Translations under genes and position numbers: made by a program
The notes under the pieces: model-generated
What the model saw: the letters and a program-made list of their open reading frames with translations, nothing else
Told to the model about the DNA's origin: nothing
Database searches by the model: none
Source: an uncultured Nitrososphaerota archaeon
GTDB lineage: Archaea > Korarchaeota > Korarchaeia > Korarchaeales > Korarchaeaceae
Direction: 5' to 3'
Length of the DNA stretch: 64,000 nt
NCBI GenBank assembly: GCA_964594835.1
Contig: CAZQNA010000001.1
Location: 1 to 64,000, forward strand
Shown: piece after piece, positions 53,322 through 63,937 of the stretch
How the letters are laid out: each line of letters opens with the position of its first letter
Position numbering within the stretch: the first letter of the stretch is position 1

Positions 53322-53611
53322 GAGCCCCCTCCTCCCCTGACCCGCGCCTCCTTCTCCAGCTCCTCGTAGATTGTCGTGGCCTTGAGGGCCTCCAGGACCT
53401 CCCCGTCGTCGGCACCCTCCGAGATGTCGATCTTGACGGGCAGGGGAACGAGGTGCTTGATGTTGGCCCTCCTCCGCCGCACGCCCGTCAGCTCCTTCGG
53501 TCCGGTGATCTCCACGAAGTTCTTGTCTATCACCCGAACCACGACGCACTTCCTTCCGGCCTCACGGCCCGCCACCTTGACGCACAGCCGACCTACCTCG
53601 ATAACTCCCAT
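53318..53611 (-). CDS. rpl14e: 50S ribosomal protein L14e
   Basis: IEVGRLCVKVAGREAGRKCVVV..IDKNFV. Confidence 0.95.
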   Translation of the reverse strand: MGVIEVGRLCVKVAGREAGRKCVVVRVIDKNFVEITGPKELTGVRRRRANIKHLVPLPVKIDISEGADDGEVLEALKATTIYEELEKEARVRGGGGS

Positions 53612-53662
53612 GAATCACCACCTCTCGCGAGGCTGACAGATCTCGCCCCATCGGCCCGATCC

Positions 53663-53983
53663 TCAGGCGAGACCCCCGGCTGGCGAGAGCCTGGCCCAGC
53701 CCGTCTCTATCGCGCGGGTAACCATGAGCTCCCTGAGGCACTTGGAGCACAGGTACCCGCCGTAGGGCCTGTTGGGCCTCTTTTCACTCTTCGCAAGCCT
53801 TGCCATGACCGAGCGGGGCCCGGTGCGCGTCCCCGTGAGGGGCCTACCGCATCGGGCGCACCTCGCCTTCCCGTGCACCTTGTGCCTGTAGTGGTAGACC
53901 GTCCTACCTCCCGGAGTCCTCACGGCGACCCTTCTCTTCCTTGAGCCCCTCGGAGGCCCGAATGGATCCTCTGGCATCGCCAA
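53663..53983 (-). CDS. rpl34e: 50S ribosomal protein L34e
   Basis: VRTPGGR, CARC, RPNRPYGGYLCSKC. Confidence 0.95.
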   Translation of the reverse strand: MAMPEDPFGPPRGSRKRRVAVRTPGGRTVYHYRHKVHGKARCARCGRPLTGTRTGPRSVMARLAKSEKRPNRPYGGYLCSKCLRELMVTRAIETGWARLSPAGGLA

Positions 53984-54037
53984 GCCCTCCGCCGGGATCT
54001 GGGGGGCTCTCCCCCTGGGATATTTAAGGCTTGACCC

Positions 54038-54553
54038 CTAGTCCAGCGAGATTCCCAGGAGCCTCTGTAGGATCATGGAGAACATGAAGCTGGACAGGAA
54101 GTAGAGGCCCACGTATCCTATCACGTCCGGCGCGAAGGAGCTACCGCGCCTCAGCAGGCCTATCATGGGGATGGCGAAGGGGAGCCTCACTATCGGAACC
54201 TCGTAGTAGAACCCCCTGAGGACCCAGAATATGGCTAGGAGGGGAACCGTGGTGTAGAGCATGGGCCTCATGCTCATCTTCGTCATCTCGGCCTGGGCCT
54301 CGGAGTAGGCCGGCTTCATCTTCTCGAGCCTCTTTGCCAGCTTTCTGTCCCCTCCCGAGAGGGCGTACTCTCTCTGGAGCCTCGTGTACTCCGTCACTAT
54401 CTTCCGGTAGTACCTCATCTTGTCGTAGTCGATGGTCTTCTTGCTGACCAGCGTCGTTATCACGGATATCACGAAGGAGATGGCGACTATGAACAGAATG
54501 GAGTAGGGGGGGAAGGCGAGCTTGTCGACCAGCCCCTCGAACAACCCCCTCAC
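54038..54553 (-). CDS. EMC3/TMCO1 (DUF106) Oxa1-superfamily membrane protein
   Basis: TM, coiled coil, then MRPMLYTTVP and TM; downstream of secY. Confidence 0.85.
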   Translation of the reverse strand: MRGLFEGLVDKLAFPPYSILFIVAISFVISVITTLVSKKTIDYDKMRYYRKIVTEYTRLQREYALSGGDRKLAKRLEKMKPAYSEAQAEMTKMSMRPMLYTTVPLLAIFWVLRGFYYEVPIVRLPFAIPMIGLLRRGSSFAPDVIGYVGLYFLSSFMFSMILQRLLGISLD

Positions 54554-54554
54554 C

Positions 54555-55970
54555 TCACGCCCCGAGGAACTTGGCGAGCCTCGGGTAGAGCTCCAGGGCC
54601 CTCTCCTTCGCTATAACCTCGTAGAAGGACGCTGTTATCGTAACAGCCAGCAGGATTCCGCTCCCCGTCCCTATGGCCCCGCTGAAGTCTGCCAGAGCCG
54701 CGAGGGCACCGACGAGCGCCCCTCCCAGGAGCGTCACCGCCTCTATGTACCCCTTTATCGTGTCGGCCAGCACCTTGGGGCTGGACCTCCTCCCAGGGAC
54801 GACCATTCCCTGGGCGACGAACTGGCGCGCCACGCTCTCGGCGTCCATCCCCGAGGTTATCACCCAGACCTTGGCGAACACCACGGAAAGGATTACGTAG
54901 AGGGCGAGGTAGCCTAGGGCCTTGCCCGGGAGGGCGGCCACGGCTCCCGGACCGTTCGGGGGAGTCATGTAGTACATGAGCCCTCCCGTCGGGATTGTCC
55001 TCCCGCTCATCGGGTCGACCTGGTACTCACCCAGCAGGGAGACGAGGGTCCGCACGATCTGGTTGCTGGAGGTTGAGAACTTGTTCCAGAGGATTGAGGA
55101 AACGATCCTGACGTCCCCGAAGAGGGCCTGAGTGAATATGATGGGTATGTTGCTCACGTAGAGCAGCCTGAGCGGGTACCTCATCCTCTGACCGCCAACC
55201 CTGGAGAAGGCGATCGGGACCTCCACCCGGACCTCGTAGGCCCAGACGACCACCAGGAACACGATTATCGTGGCTATGAGGCCGGCCATGTCCGGCAGCG
55301 ATCCTCCCCTGTAGAAGGCGTCGATGCCCTCCTCGATCAGCGCGGGTATCGCCCCGACGACCCTCTCCTGGTACTTGATCGGAGAGAAGGCGCCCCAGAT
55401 CACCCTCTGCGCGACCCCGGCCAGGATGAAGAGGCTTATTCCGCTGCCTATCCCCCACTTGCTGACCAGGTCGTCCAACATCATGAGGAGGAAGCTTCCC
55501 AGGGCGAGCTGGGCCACAACGAGCGCGGCCACGTTCCACGGGACCTCGGCCGGTACGGCCCCATACCTCCCGCCCATCACGTAAGCGGCGTTCTCCAGGA
55601 AGATGAACAGGAGGGCCGCCACCCTCTGGGCCTGCTGGAAGTATACCCTGTTCTCGGGATCCGTGAGGTCCAGGGGCACTATTCTGCTTCCCACGAGAAG
55701 CTCGAGAACTATGCCCGCGGTCACCACGGGGCCTATGCCCAGCTCCACGATGCTCCCCGAGGCCCCGGCGAAGATCACCCTGAACTCGCTGAGTATGTCC
55801 GTCGCGGGGGTCTTGACCCCGTATATCGGTATCTCCGTCAGTATGTAGTATATGAAAAGCACGACGGCGGTCCAACCCAGCCTCTCCTTCAGGCTGGGCC
55901 TCTGCTTGGGCTTCTCTACCTCGGGGATCACCCTATTCACGCCGGCAACGAGGCTCCTGAAGAGGCTCAC
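54555..55970 (-). CDS. secY: Protein translocase subunit SecY
   Basis: ELGIGPVVTAG, KWGIGSGISLFI, YVSNIPII, GTGSGILL. Confidence 0.97.
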   Translation of the reverse strand: MSLFRSLVAGVNRVIPEVEKPKQRPSLKERLGWTAVVLFIYYILTEIPIYGVKTPATDILSEFRVIFAGASGSIVELGIGPVVTAGIVLELLVGSRIVPLDLTDPENRVYFQQAQRVAALLFIFLENAAYVMGGRYGAVPAEVPWNVAALVVAQLALGSFLLMMLDDLVSKWGIGSGISLFILAGVAQRVIWGAFSPIKYQERVVGAIPALIEEGIDAFYRGGSLPDMAGLIATIIVFLVVVWAYEVRVEVPIAFSRVGGQRMRYPLRLLYVSNIPIIFTQALFGDVRIVSSILWNKFSTSSNQIVRTLVSLLGEYQVDPMSGRTIPTGGLMYYMTPPNGPGAVAALPGKALGYLALYVILSVVFAKVWVITSGMDAESVARQFVAQGMVVPGRRSSPKVLADTIKGYIEAVTLLGGALVGALAALADFSGAIGTGSGILLAVTITASFYEVIAKERALELYPRLAKFLGA

Positions 55971-56437
55971 TCACCCACCCCCTCCACAGGGACGGCCTTT
56001 CCCCCGGCCGACTCGATCTTGGAGACGGCCTTCTCCGTGAACCGGGCCGCCTTCACGATCAGGGGAGTGCTCAGCTTGCCCCTACCCAGCACCTTCCCGT
56101 AGGGCGTCTTCGTGAGGTCCACCTCCACGGTGCCGTCCTCCCTCCTCGTGACGGCCCCCATCCCCTCGAGCTCCGGCAGGATGTCCTCGAGCTCGCCGAC
56201 GTTTATAGTCCCAACCTCTCTGACCACGGCCCTGGGCCTCTTCATGCCCCTCCTTCCCCTGCCGAAGTAGTCCGGCCAGTAGGTGGTGTACCACGACCAG
56301 AAGTGCTTGTGTCCACCGGCCTTCCCGAACCCACCTCCCCTCCCGCTCCTCCTATGCTGCCTCTGTAGTCCGTACCCGTGGAGCCGGCTACCCCTGTACT
56401 TCCTGGTCTTCTTCCTCCTTCGGGGTATGCCCCTCAT
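55967..56437 (-). CDS. rpl15: 50S ribosomal protein uL15
   Basis: RGSRLHGYG, GRGGGFG, KVLGRG, KIESAGG. Confidence 0.95.
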   Translation of the reverse strand: MRGIPRRRKKTRKYRGSRLHGYGLQRQHRRSGRGGGFGKAGGHKHFWSWYTTYWPDYFGRGRRGMKRPRAVVREVGTINVGELEDILPELEGMGAVTRREDGTVEVDLTKTPYGKVLGRGKLSTPLIVKAARFTEKAVSKIESAGGKAVPVEGVGE

Positions 56438-56438
56438 C

Positions 56439-56933
56439 TCACATCATCCTCCTCAGGAGCGGGTTGATGTCGCGGCCCCTGTACCCCAGCTCTCCGCCGT
56501 CCCTGTAGCCCCTCTTGGTCGTCCTCTTAAATCCCCCGCTGGGGGGATGGAGCCTGAAGTAGGGCTTGAGCCAGCTCAACTTGTGGAGCCTCGCTCTCCC
56601 GGAGAGCAGGGCCTCGGCCAGGTCCTCCACCCCGTCGAACTCGGTGTTCTCCCTCAGCCAGTCGTCGGTGACCCTCCCGCCAGACCTGAGCTCGCCCCTC
56701 CTCCTAAGCAGCTCCACGAGCGTGTCCCTGTCTATCTCTCCGTAGGTCGTGTAGTCCTTGACGACCCTGAGCATCCCCAGGTAGCTCTTCGTCGCCGGAA
56801 CCACCGTGGCCCAGAACTTCCTCCTCATGTGGAGCATCTCCATGGTCCTCCTGATCTCGGGCCTCACGTCGACCCTTCCCCTAATCCTGACCACGGCTAT
56901 CAGGGGTTCTTCACCTCCAACGTCGCCGGACAT
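56439..56933 (-). CDS. rpl30: 50S ribosomal protein uL30
   Basis: IAVVRIRG, VKDYTTYGE, FRLHPPSGG, LGYRG. Confidence 0.95.
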   Translation of the reverse strand: MSGDVGGEEPLIAVVRIRGRVDVRPEIRRTMEMLHMRRKFWATVVPATKSYLGMLRVVKDYTTYGEIDRDTLVELLRRRGELRSGGRVTDDWLRENTEFDGVEDLAEALLSGRARLHKLSWLKPYFRLHPPSGGFKRTTKRGYRDGGELGYRGRDINPLLRRMM

Positions 56934-57013
56934 TACCCCCACCTCTCGTGGCGAGGCCTCATTGAGCGCCCGGCCGCGCCTGTGGCCCGCCGACGGCCCT
57001 CACCTCTAGTGAG

Positions 57014-57670
57014 TTATAAAGTAGTGGTCTCGGGCGGGCGCAGCCTGACCTCCCGCCAGTCGGTCGGGAGGGTCATCAGCAGCAGTCTCCTGAGCGCGTC
57101 GTGTATCGCGTAGGCGTAGTTCATCCTGTTCCGGGTCTCCCCCCTGGAGAACACCCTCACGTCCTTGACGCCGCCCAGGCTCAGCACCACCTTTGCCACC
57201 TCGTTTGCCACGAGCCCGAGGCCCCTGGGGGCGGGCATGAGGGTCACCCTGACGGAGCCGGACTTACCCTCCACCCTGGCGGGGATGGAGTGGGGCCTCC
57301 CGCACATGCACTCCAGGGAGCCGCACCCCTTCCTGACCTTCACTATATTCAGCTTCGCCGCCCGGACCGCGTCGGACAGGGCGTCCCTGAACTCCCTGCC
57401 CTTCCCCTTTCCAACGCCGACGTAGTCGATGCCATCTCCGACGGCCACGACGATCCTAAGCTGGGTGAGTTCTCCCGCGTCGGTCTGCCTCTGGACTCTT
57501 CGGACCTCGATTATCTCCTCCCTGAGGCCCGGGAGCAGGGCGTCCACTATCTCCGGCTCCTTTATCGGCGCGCCGGTGCGCAGTATCTCGTCTATGGATT
57601 GAACCTTCCCCTCGGCCACCAGCCTGCCCAACCTGGTCCTGGGGACCCACTCGCCCTCGATCTCGCTCAT
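57014..57670 (-). CDS. rps5: 30S ribosomal protein uS5
   Basis: [28 protein letters not shown]. Confidence 0.96.
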   Translation of the reverse strand: MSEIEGEWVPRTRLGRLVAEGKVQSIDEILRTGAPIKEPEIVDALLPGLREEIIEVRRVQRQTDAGELTQLRIVVAVGDGIDYVGVGKGKGREFRDALSDAVRAAKLNIVKVRKGCGSLECMCGRPHSIPARVEGKSGSVRVTLMPAPRGLGLVANEVAKVVLSLGGVKDVRVFSRGETRNRMNYAYAIHDALRRLLLMTLPTDWREVRLRPPETTTL

Positions 57671-58308
57671 CTTGGGCTCTCCTCCCCACCCTCAATTAAT
57701 GTCTGACCCTCCGTCGCAGCTCCCTGGGAGGACTTGATGGCCTCGAGCACGCGCTCGAACGCCTCTGGAATCTCCTCGGGGTTGACCCCCTCCCTCAGAT
57801 ATTCTGAGAACTGCCTCCCGTAGAGGTCGGGGTCCTCCTCCCTGAGCCTCGCGGCCCACTCGGCTATGTGCTCCCCCCTCATTCTCTCCTCTTCAGGCAG
57901 GATCTCCTCACCGTGGGGGATCCGCAGGCCAGCGTCGACGGCCCCCTTCAGGGCCGCGTATATCCTCGACCCCCTGGTGGAGGCCTGCCTCCCGACGTCC
58001 AGAACCGCCTCCTCCACGCCGGCCCGCCTCGCCCTGAGGGCCGCGAGGTAGCCCGTGAGGTAGGCCGCGGGAGTGCTCTTGAGGGAGTACCTCCATCCGA
58101 ACTCTCTGAGTTCCTTGGAGAAGGCGTGCGCCAGGGTCCTGTCCCCGCCTGGTGAGTACTCGACGACCTGAACTATGATGTGCCTGTTCGTCCTCCTCAC
58201 CACGAGCCTGGGCAGGCCGCTCTTCAGCAGGGCGAGCCTCCTCCTGTAGTCGGTCTTGCCCTCCCTCCTCCTCCTGAACTTCACCTTGTACCTGCCCGAC
58301 CTCGCCAA
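57667..58308 (-). CDS. rpl18: 50S ribosomal protein uL18
   Basis: [28 protein letters not shown]. Confidence 0.96.
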   Translation of the reverse strand: MARSGRYKVKFRRRREGKTDYRRRLALLKSGLPRLVVRRTNRHIIVQVVEYSPGGDRTLAHAFSKELREFGWRYSLKSTPAAYLTGYLAALRARRAGVEEAVLDVGRQASTRGSRIYAALKGAVDAGLRIPHGEEILPEEERMRGEHIAEWAARLREEDPDLYGRQFSEYLREGVNPEEIPEAFERVLEAIKSSQGAATEGQTLIEGGEESPR

Positions 58309-58309
58309 C

Positions 58310-58771
58310 TCACCGCGCCTCCCTCTCTGAGAGCTTCAGCTCCTTCTCCAGGGCAGACCTGAGGTGCCTCACGGAGGAGTACATGGAGAGCCTCCTGTAG
58401 AACTCCCTGTACTCTCCCCTGGATATGGCCCCTGAGTCCCTCAGCCTCCTGAGCTCCCTCCTGAGGGCCCTTATCCTCCTGACCCACCTCTGCTTCCTAC
58501 TCAGCGTCGCGTACTTACCTCCCTTCCTGCTGCCCGGGCCCTTCCTCCTCCTCTTTCCCCTGACCCTGCCCCTGCTCACGCCCCTGGCGGGCCTGATCAC
58601 GATGGCCCCGGACCTTATGAGCCTCTCGACGTCCCTCCTGGTTATGGCCTGAGCTATCTCCTCGGCCCTCTCGGGGACGAGCTTCACCCTGTCGAGGCCC
58701 ACTCCAGCTATCTTGGCGGCTAGCCTCTTCTGATAACTCAGGCTCTTTATCCTGATTTCCTCCTCAGCCAA
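58310..58771 (-). CDS. rpl19e: 50S ribosomal protein L19e
   Basis: [29 protein letters not shown]. Confidence 0.95.
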   Translation of the reverse strand: MAEEEIRIKSLSYQKRLAAKIAGVGLDRVKLVPERAEEIAQAITRRDVERLIRSGAIVIRPARGVSRGRVRGKRRRKGPGSRKGGKYATLSRKQRWVRRIRALRRELRRLRDSGAISRGEYREFYRRLSMYSSVRHLRSALEKELKLSEREAR

Positions 58772-58772
58772 A

Positions 58773-59180
58773 TCACTCCCCTCCCGGCTCGGGGTTGGCC
58801 ACGGGCAGGTTGAGCTCGCGGGCCCTGCTCTCTATCTCGGCCCTCTTCCTCCTCCCAACCGAGGAGGCTATGTACACTATCACGGGCTCTCCTGACTCGG
58901 CCGCCCGCTCCAGATCCCCCAGGCTGTGAACTATCACCGGCCTCCTGCCAGACGGGTGCAGCCCTCGGATCCTCTCGGGGTTCCTGTAGCCCACGGTCGG
59001 ATGCTTGGGTCTGCTCTTCAGCTTGAGCCTCTGCTTGTTGTCTATCCCTCTGGGCCGCCTCCAGCTCTTAACGCTCCCCCTGTGCCACCACCTGGCGAGG
59101 TTCAGGAACCTGGGCTTCTTCTTCCCCAGCCTCTCCCTGAGCGCCCTTAGCTCCCTAACGGCCTCCTCCGACACCATCAC
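58773..59180 (-). CDS. rpl32e: 50S ribosomal protein L32e
   Basis: WRRPRGIDNK, VGYR, RGLHPSG. Confidence 0.95.
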   Translation of the reverse strand: MMVSEEAVRELRALRERLGKKKPRFLNLARWWHRGSVKSWRRPRGIDNKQRLKLKSRPKHPTVGYRNPERIRGLHPSGRRPVIVHSLGDLERAAESGEPVIVYIASSVGRRKRAEIESRARELNLPVANPEPGGE

Positions 59181-59199
59181 TCACCCCCACACCACATCG

Positions 59200-59757
59200 T
59201 CACTCCTCCATGACGTAGATGCCGTCCATGAAGACCCTCGGATCCTTCCTCTTGATCCTAGTGGCCTGTCTGATGTTTGCGGCCGTCTGACCGACGTCCT
59301 CCTTCGATATTCCCTCGATGTGTATCCTGTCCCCCTCGACCTTGACCTTGACGTCTCCCACTATCTTGGCGAACCTCGGGCTCCTCTCGCCCAGGAAGTT
59401 GTGGATGAGCACCAGCCTCCTCTTCTCGTCCACCTCAACCTTGATGGGGAAGTGGGCGTAGACCACGATCATCTCCTTCTTGAAGCCCTCGGTGACGCCC
59501 CTCATCATGTTCCTTATGTGGGCGGCCACGGTCCCGATGTACGACCTCTGGAACTTCCTCGGGTTGTAGGTCCTCAGGACCACCTTCCCCTCCTCCTGAT
59601 CCACCTCAACATCGACCATCCTGGGGTCGTACCTCCTACTCAGCTCCCCGAGGGGCCCCTTGACCCTGATTACGTCGCCCTCGACTGACACCTCCGTCCC
59701 CTCGACTATCGGGACCTCCTTGACGAGCACCTCCGCCGCGACCTTTGGGTAGGGCAT
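59200..59757 (-). CDS. rpl6: 50S ribosomal protein uL6
   Basis: VKGPLGEL, YAHFP, NFLGE, DPRVFMDGIY. Confidence 0.96.
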   Translation of the reverse strand: MPYPKVAAEVLVKEVPIVEGTEVSVEGDVIRVKGPLGELSRRYDPRMVDVEVDQEEGKVVLRTYNPRKFQRSYIGTVAAHIRNMMRGVTEGFKKEMIVVYAHFPIKVEVDEKRRLVLIHNFLGERSPRFAKIVGDVKVKVEGDRIHIEGISKEDVGQTAANIRQATRIKRKDPRVFMDGIYVMEE

Positions 59758-59777
59758 TGAGCATCACCTCCATTCAG

Positions 59778-60179
59778 TCAGTAGAAGTAGGCCAGGAGCA
59801 CCCCGCCTATCCCCAGCTCCTTGGCCCTCCGGTGAGTCATCACCCCCCTCGGGGTGGAGACGACGATGGCCCCGACGTTGTAGGCGGGTAGGAACCTCCG
59901 CTCGAAGTCCTCAAACTCGTCCTTCTTCACTGGGAATCTGGGCTTGACGGCCGCCGCCCTGTTGAGACGCCCGATCAGCCTGACCCTGTACTTGCCAGCC
60001 CTGCCGTCGTCTATGTACTCGAACTCCCCTATGTAGCCCTCCTCCTGCATGACCCTCAGTACCTGACCTATGAGCTTGGAGGCGATCGGGATCACGACTT
60101 CACGCTTACCCAGCCTCGACGCGTTTGTCAGGGCGCTGAGGGCGTCCGCCAGTGGATCCAGCCTCGTCACGGGCCACAC
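59778..60179 (-). CDS. rps8: 30S ribosomal protein uS8
   Basis: [30 protein letters not shown]. Confidence 0.96.
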   Translation of the reverse strand: MWPVTRLDPLADALSALTNASRLGKREVVIPIASKLIGQVLRVMQEEGYIGEFEYIDDGRAGKYRVRLIGRLNRAAAVKPRFPVKKDEFEDFERRFLPAYNVGAIVVSTPRGVMTHRRAKELGIGGVLLAYFY

Positions 60180-60183
60180 CCCC

Positions 60184-60366
60184 TCACTCGTACTTCCTCC
60201 AACCCATCAGCGGGGCGACCTCTCTGAAGCAGGACCTGCACAGGTACAGCCCGTACTTCCTTATGATGCCGTAGCCGACTCTCCCGCATCTGCGACACAC
60301 GTAGGCGCCCTTTCCCTTGGTCCTGACCTTCTTCTTTGGTCTCACCAATTTCCCCACACCTCTCAC
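60184..60366 (-). CDS. rps14: 30S ribosomal protein uS14 (Zn form)
   Basis: CRRCG...[15 protein letters not shown]. Confidence 0.95.
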   Translation of the reverse strand: MRGVGKLVRPKKKVRTKGKGAYVCRRCGRVGYGIIRKYGLYLCRSCFREVAPLMGWRKYE

Positions 60367-60929
60367 TCCTCCTCGACCACCTCGATCTTTAAGCGCTTCC
60401 TGACGTACTCGATCGCCTCCTCCCGGGTGAGCCTGTGCCTCCTCGGTACCCTCTTCCTCCTGAGCCTCCTCCTCGCCACCCTGTAGCCGGCCCTCCCCAG
60501 CGTGACGATCACGTCCATGCCGAAGACCCCAACCTCTGCCTTGTACCTCATGCCAGGGATGTCTATGTGCTCCCTGATCCCGAAGGCGAAGTTTCCAAAC
60601 TCGTCGAATGAGGAGGCCTTCACCTTCCTGCCGACGGCCTCGACGACCCTGTCGAGCACCTCGTAGGCCCTCTTGCCCCGGACCGTCACGGACACGGCGA
60701 TCGGCTCCCTCTTCCTGATCCCGAACTCCTTAATCGTCCTCTTGGCCCTTCGCTGCACAGGCTTCTGGCCCGTGAGCTCCTCCAGCACCGAGGCGGCCCT
60801 CTCCAGGACCTCGCCGCTCCTCCCAACCGCTATGTTAAGCGTCACGGCCATGAGCCTGGGCTCCAGCATCGGGTTGCTCTTCCACCTCTCCTCGTAGCTC
60901 TCCCTGACTCCCTCGGTCTCCGCCCCCAT
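60363..60929 (-). CDS. rpl5: 50S ribosomal protein uL5
   Basis: [24 protein letters not shown]. Confidence 0.96.
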   Translation of the reverse strand: MGAETEGVRESYEERWKSNPMLEPRLMAVTLNIAVGRSGEVLERAASVLEELTGQKPVQRRAKRTIKEFGIRKREPIAVSVTVRGKRAYEVLDRVVEAVGRKVKASSFDEFGNFAFGIREHIDIPGMRYKAEVGVFGMDVIVTLGRAGYRVARRRLRRKRVPRRHRLTREEAIEYVRKRLKIEVVEEE

Positions 60930-60934
60930 TCAGG

Positions 60935-61660
60935 TCACCTCACCTTGATGACCGGCGACTCCCTTCCGACGACTATCAGGCTCTCCTTTAGGGCCCTGTA
61001 GGTCAGGTTCGGATCCTCTAGGTCTCTCATCTCCATGAACTCCGAGATCCGCTCCACCTTCCCGATTCTACCGGCCCTCCTCCCGCTTATCACAAGGGCG
61101 GTCGCCCCCTCCTGCAGGGGGAGGACCTGGACCACCTCCTGGCTCGGGACCCTGATGAGGAGGGAGTCCCCAACCCTCACCCCCGCCAGCTCGGTGCCGG
61201 GCTCCGCGAGGAAGTTTCTCCCGTCGTGGCCCGTGAGCTGGATCTTCCCGCCCTTCACGGCAGTCTTCCTCTTGATCCTCACGACCTTGAGCCCAGCCTC
61301 CTCCTCAGGTATCTCGATCAGCCTGAGGAACTTCGTGGGGTCCGAGGTCATCCTGAGGTGCATCTCGGCCCTCGGTATCGAGATCGTGTCCAAGAGCCCG
61401 ACCTGGAACTTGTGATCGTACACGGGCCTGCCGTCGACCAGTACCTCCTTCTGGTGGATGATCCTCTTTGCCTCCCTGGCCGTCGTGGCAAGCCCGAGGA
61501 TGTCCCTGACTATGATGAGCAGGGGGACCCCACTGTCGATGGGGTGGGGACCCGGCCTGGGCTTGACGGTCCACTTGAACTCCCTCTTGGCGATGGGCCA
61601 GTAGCCAGGAGCCTTCATCCTCTTGAGGTGTCTTCCCCCTCCCTTCTTTGTCATGGTCAC
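60935..61660 (-). CDS. rps4e: 30S ribosomal protein S4e
   Basis: [24 protein letters not shown]. Confidence 0.96.
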   Translation of the reverse strand: MTMTKKGGGRHLKRMKAPGYWPIAKREFKWTVKPRPGPHPIDSGVPLLIIVRDILGLATTAREAKRIIHQKEVLVDGRPVYDHKFQVGLLDTISIPRAEMHLRMTSDPTKFLRLIEIPEEEAGLKVVRIKRKTAVKGGKIQLTGHDGRNFLAEPGTELAGVRVGDSLLIRVPSQEVVQVLPLQEGATALVISGRRAGRIGKVERISEFMEMRDLEDPNLTYRALKESLIVVGRESPVIKVR

Positions 61661-62037
61661 TCAGCCTCCTCTCTCCTCTCCAGGGCGGCCTTCCTTCTCT
61701 CGTCGCCCAGGTCGAGGTCAATTATCATGACCTTGGAGGGGTGCACGGGGATCGGGACCTCCGTCCCGTCGGCCCTCTTCCTGGTCAGGCCCTCCACGTG
61801 GATCCGGTACTTCTCCCTGTCGATCCCTATGACCTTTCCCTCCCTCCCCGCGTAGTCACCCCTCATTATCCTGACCTTGTCTCCCTTCCTGACCGGGAAG
61901 GACCTCCTCCCGTACCTCTCTCTGAGTTCGGGTGAGAGCGGGGCGGCCATCATCTTCGCCCTGAGGTGAAGGGGAGCGTTGTAGAGGAACTTCCTCTGCT
62001 TGGAAGGCTTAGAAGACGTCACTCTTCCCCCGGACAT
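61657..62037 (-). CDS. rpl24: 50S ribosomal protein uL24
   Basis: [23 protein letters not shown]. Confidence 0.96.
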   Translation of the reverse strand: MSGGRVTSSKPSKQRKFLYNAPLHLRAKMMAAPLSPELRERYGRRSFPVRKGDKVRIMRGDYAGREGKVIGIDREKYRIHVEGLTRKRADGTEVPIPVHPSKVMIIDLDLGDERRKAALERREEAE

Positions 62038-62040
62038 TCT

Positions 62041-62469
62041 TCACACCACCGTCATCGACACGGCGCTGAGGGTCGGCCACTTCTCGAGCGCCTCCTTGGC
62101 CACCGGACCCTTGACCTCGCTCCCCTTGGGGGTGCCGTCGTCGTTGACCAGGATGGCGGCGTTGTCCTCGAACACGACCCACTGCCCGCTCTTCCTCCTG
62201 AAGGGCTTCCTCTGCCTCACCACGACCGCCTTGAACGGCTTGTGGAGGAGGTCGTGCTTGCCCTGCTTGACGACCACCACGACCATGTCCCCCACGCTGG
62301 CGGTGGGGAGCCTGCCCTTGCGGCCCTTGTACCCCATAACCCCGATTATCTGCAGGACCCTGGCCCCCGTGTTGTCGGCGCACCTGAGCTTCGCCATCAC
62401 GGGCAGGCCCCGCGATACCCTCGGCTTCACGCCCTTCAGCTTCCGCCTTCTTACGGCTCTACGGGCCAT
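62041..62469 (-). CDS. rpl14: 50S ribosomal protein uL14
   Basis: CADNTGA, VGDMV, FEDNAA, GPVAKE. Confidence 0.97.
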   Translation of the reverse strand: MARRAVRRRKLKGVKPRVSRGLPVMAKLRCADNTGARVLQIIGVMGYKGRKGRLPTASVGDMVVVVVKQGKHDLLHKPFKAVVVRQRKPFRRKSGQWVVFEDNAAILVNDDGTPKGSEVKGPVAKEALEKWPTLSAVSMTVV

Positions 62470-62513
62470 TTACACCCCTCCGGAATCCCAACTCGGGGCC
62501 CCTGCCCGGGTCG

Positions 62514-62526
62514 GCTATAAAAAGGT
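62514..62526 (-). promoter_or_regulatory. TATA box upstream of rpl14
   Basis: ACCTTTTTATAG on the - strand in the spacer between the oxidoreductase stop and rpl14. Confidence 0.55.
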
Positions 62527-62542
62527 TCAACGGGGCCCTCGA

Positions 62543-63937
62543 TCAGCCCGCCAGGCGTCTGGCCACGTCCCTTCCGATCACCACTCCCGACGCGGACGCC
62601 TGGACCAGCCCTCGCGAGACCCCGGCGGCGTCCCCACCGGCGTAGAGACCCTCAACGGTCTTGCTCTCCAGGTTCCCCTTGAGGTCCAGCTTTGCGGTGT
62701 GGAGCTTTATCTCGACCCCGTACAGCAGCGTGTGGTCCGAGTATATGCCCGGCATCACGTTGTTGAGGGCCTGCAGGGTCTCCAGTATGTCCACCAGATA
62801 CCTGTAGGGGTAGACGAAGCTCAGGTCTCCCGGGACCGCCCCCTCCAGCGTGGGCTCCACCACGCTCCTGGAGATCCTCGCCGGGGTGGACCTCCTCCCC
62901 CTGAGGAGGTCCCCCAACCTCTGGATGATGGGCTGGTTGTCGGCTATGTTGTTTGCCAGCCTGGCTATGTCTAGGGCGTAGGAGATGGAGTCCTTGTATG
63001 GCTCGGTGAACTTCACCGAGACCAGCAGCGCGAAGTTCGTGTTGTCGGTCTTCGAGTCCTCCCTGGCCGCCCCGTTCACGGTCACGATTCCCCAGTAGGA
63101 CTCGGTGACGACGAACCCTCCCGGGTTGACGCAGAACACCCTCACCTTGTCGTCGAAGGTCTTGGTGTAGTAGACGAGCTTGGGCTCGTAGAGGACGTCG
63201 GTGAACTCCCTCATGACCTCCGCAAGGACCTCCACCCTGACGCCTATGTCGACCCTCCCGGACTCCACCCCAATGCCCAGCCTCCTGGCCTCCGAGACGA
63301 GCCAGTTCGCGCCCACCCTCCCGGGGGCCACGATCACGTACCTGCTCGAGAGGAACTCACCCCCGGCCAGGGTGACCCCCCTGACCCTCCCACCCTCGAC
63401 CTCTATCCTCTCGACGGGGGTCCCGAACCTGAACTCAACCCCCAGCTCCTCCAGCAGCCTCCTGAAGTTCTGGAGTACCCTGTATCCGCCGTCGCTTCCC
63501 ATGTGCCTTATCCTAAACGGGATTAGGAGGAATCCCTGCCTGTAGGCCTTCCTCTTGAGCTCCGCTATGGCCCCCTCGTCGGTCCCGTAGACCCTGTCCG
63601 GGGCCCCGAGCCTAAGGTAGACGGAGTCGACGTACGAGATGAGCTCCCTCACCTGCCCGCCGTCGAGGTACTCGGCCAGCTCCCCTCCCACCCTGTCTGT
63701 CAGGTTGAGCTTTCCGTCGCTGAAGGCTCCAGCCCCGCCGAAACCTGACACGACGGTGCAGGTGGGGCAGAGGACGCACCTCCCTGTCGACTGAGCCGGG
63801 CAGCGGCGGCCAGGCAGGTCGGGGCCCACCTCCACCACCAGCACCCTGGACTCCGGCGCCCTCCTCTTGATCTCGTGAGCCGCAAACAGCCCCGTGGGAC
63901 CGGCTCCCACGATGACGACGTCGTATTCCGGAGCCAG
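62543..63937 (-). CDS. FAD-dependent oxidoreductase (uncharacterised FAD-dependent dehydrogenase type)
   Basis: EYDVVIVGAGPTG Rossmann motif, GGAGAFSDGKL, DIGVRVE, YAGGDAAGVSRG; exact start uncertain. Confidence 0.85.
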   Translation of the reverse strand: MAPEYDVVIVGAGPTGLFAAHEIKRRAPESRVLVVEVGPDLPGRRCPAQSTGRCVLCPTCTVVSGFGGAGAFSDGKLNLTDRVGGELAEYLDGGQVRELISYVDSVYLRLGAPDRVYGTDEGAIAELKRKAYRQGFLLIPFRIRHMGSDGGYRVLQNFRRLLEELGVEFRFGTPVERIEVEGGRVRGVTLAGGEFLSSRYVIVAPGRVGANWLVSEARRLGIGVESGRVDIGVRVEVLAEVMREFTDVLYEPKLVYYTKTFDDKVRVFCVNPGGFVVTESYWGIVTVNGAAREDSKTDNTNFALLVSVKFTEPYKDSISYALDIARLANNIADNQPIIQRLGDLLRGRRSTPARISRSVVEPTLEGAVPGDLSFVYPYRYLVDILETLQALNNVMPGIYSDHTLLYGVEIKLHTAKLDLKGNLESKTVEGLYAGGDAAGVSRGLVQASASGVVIGRDVARRLAG

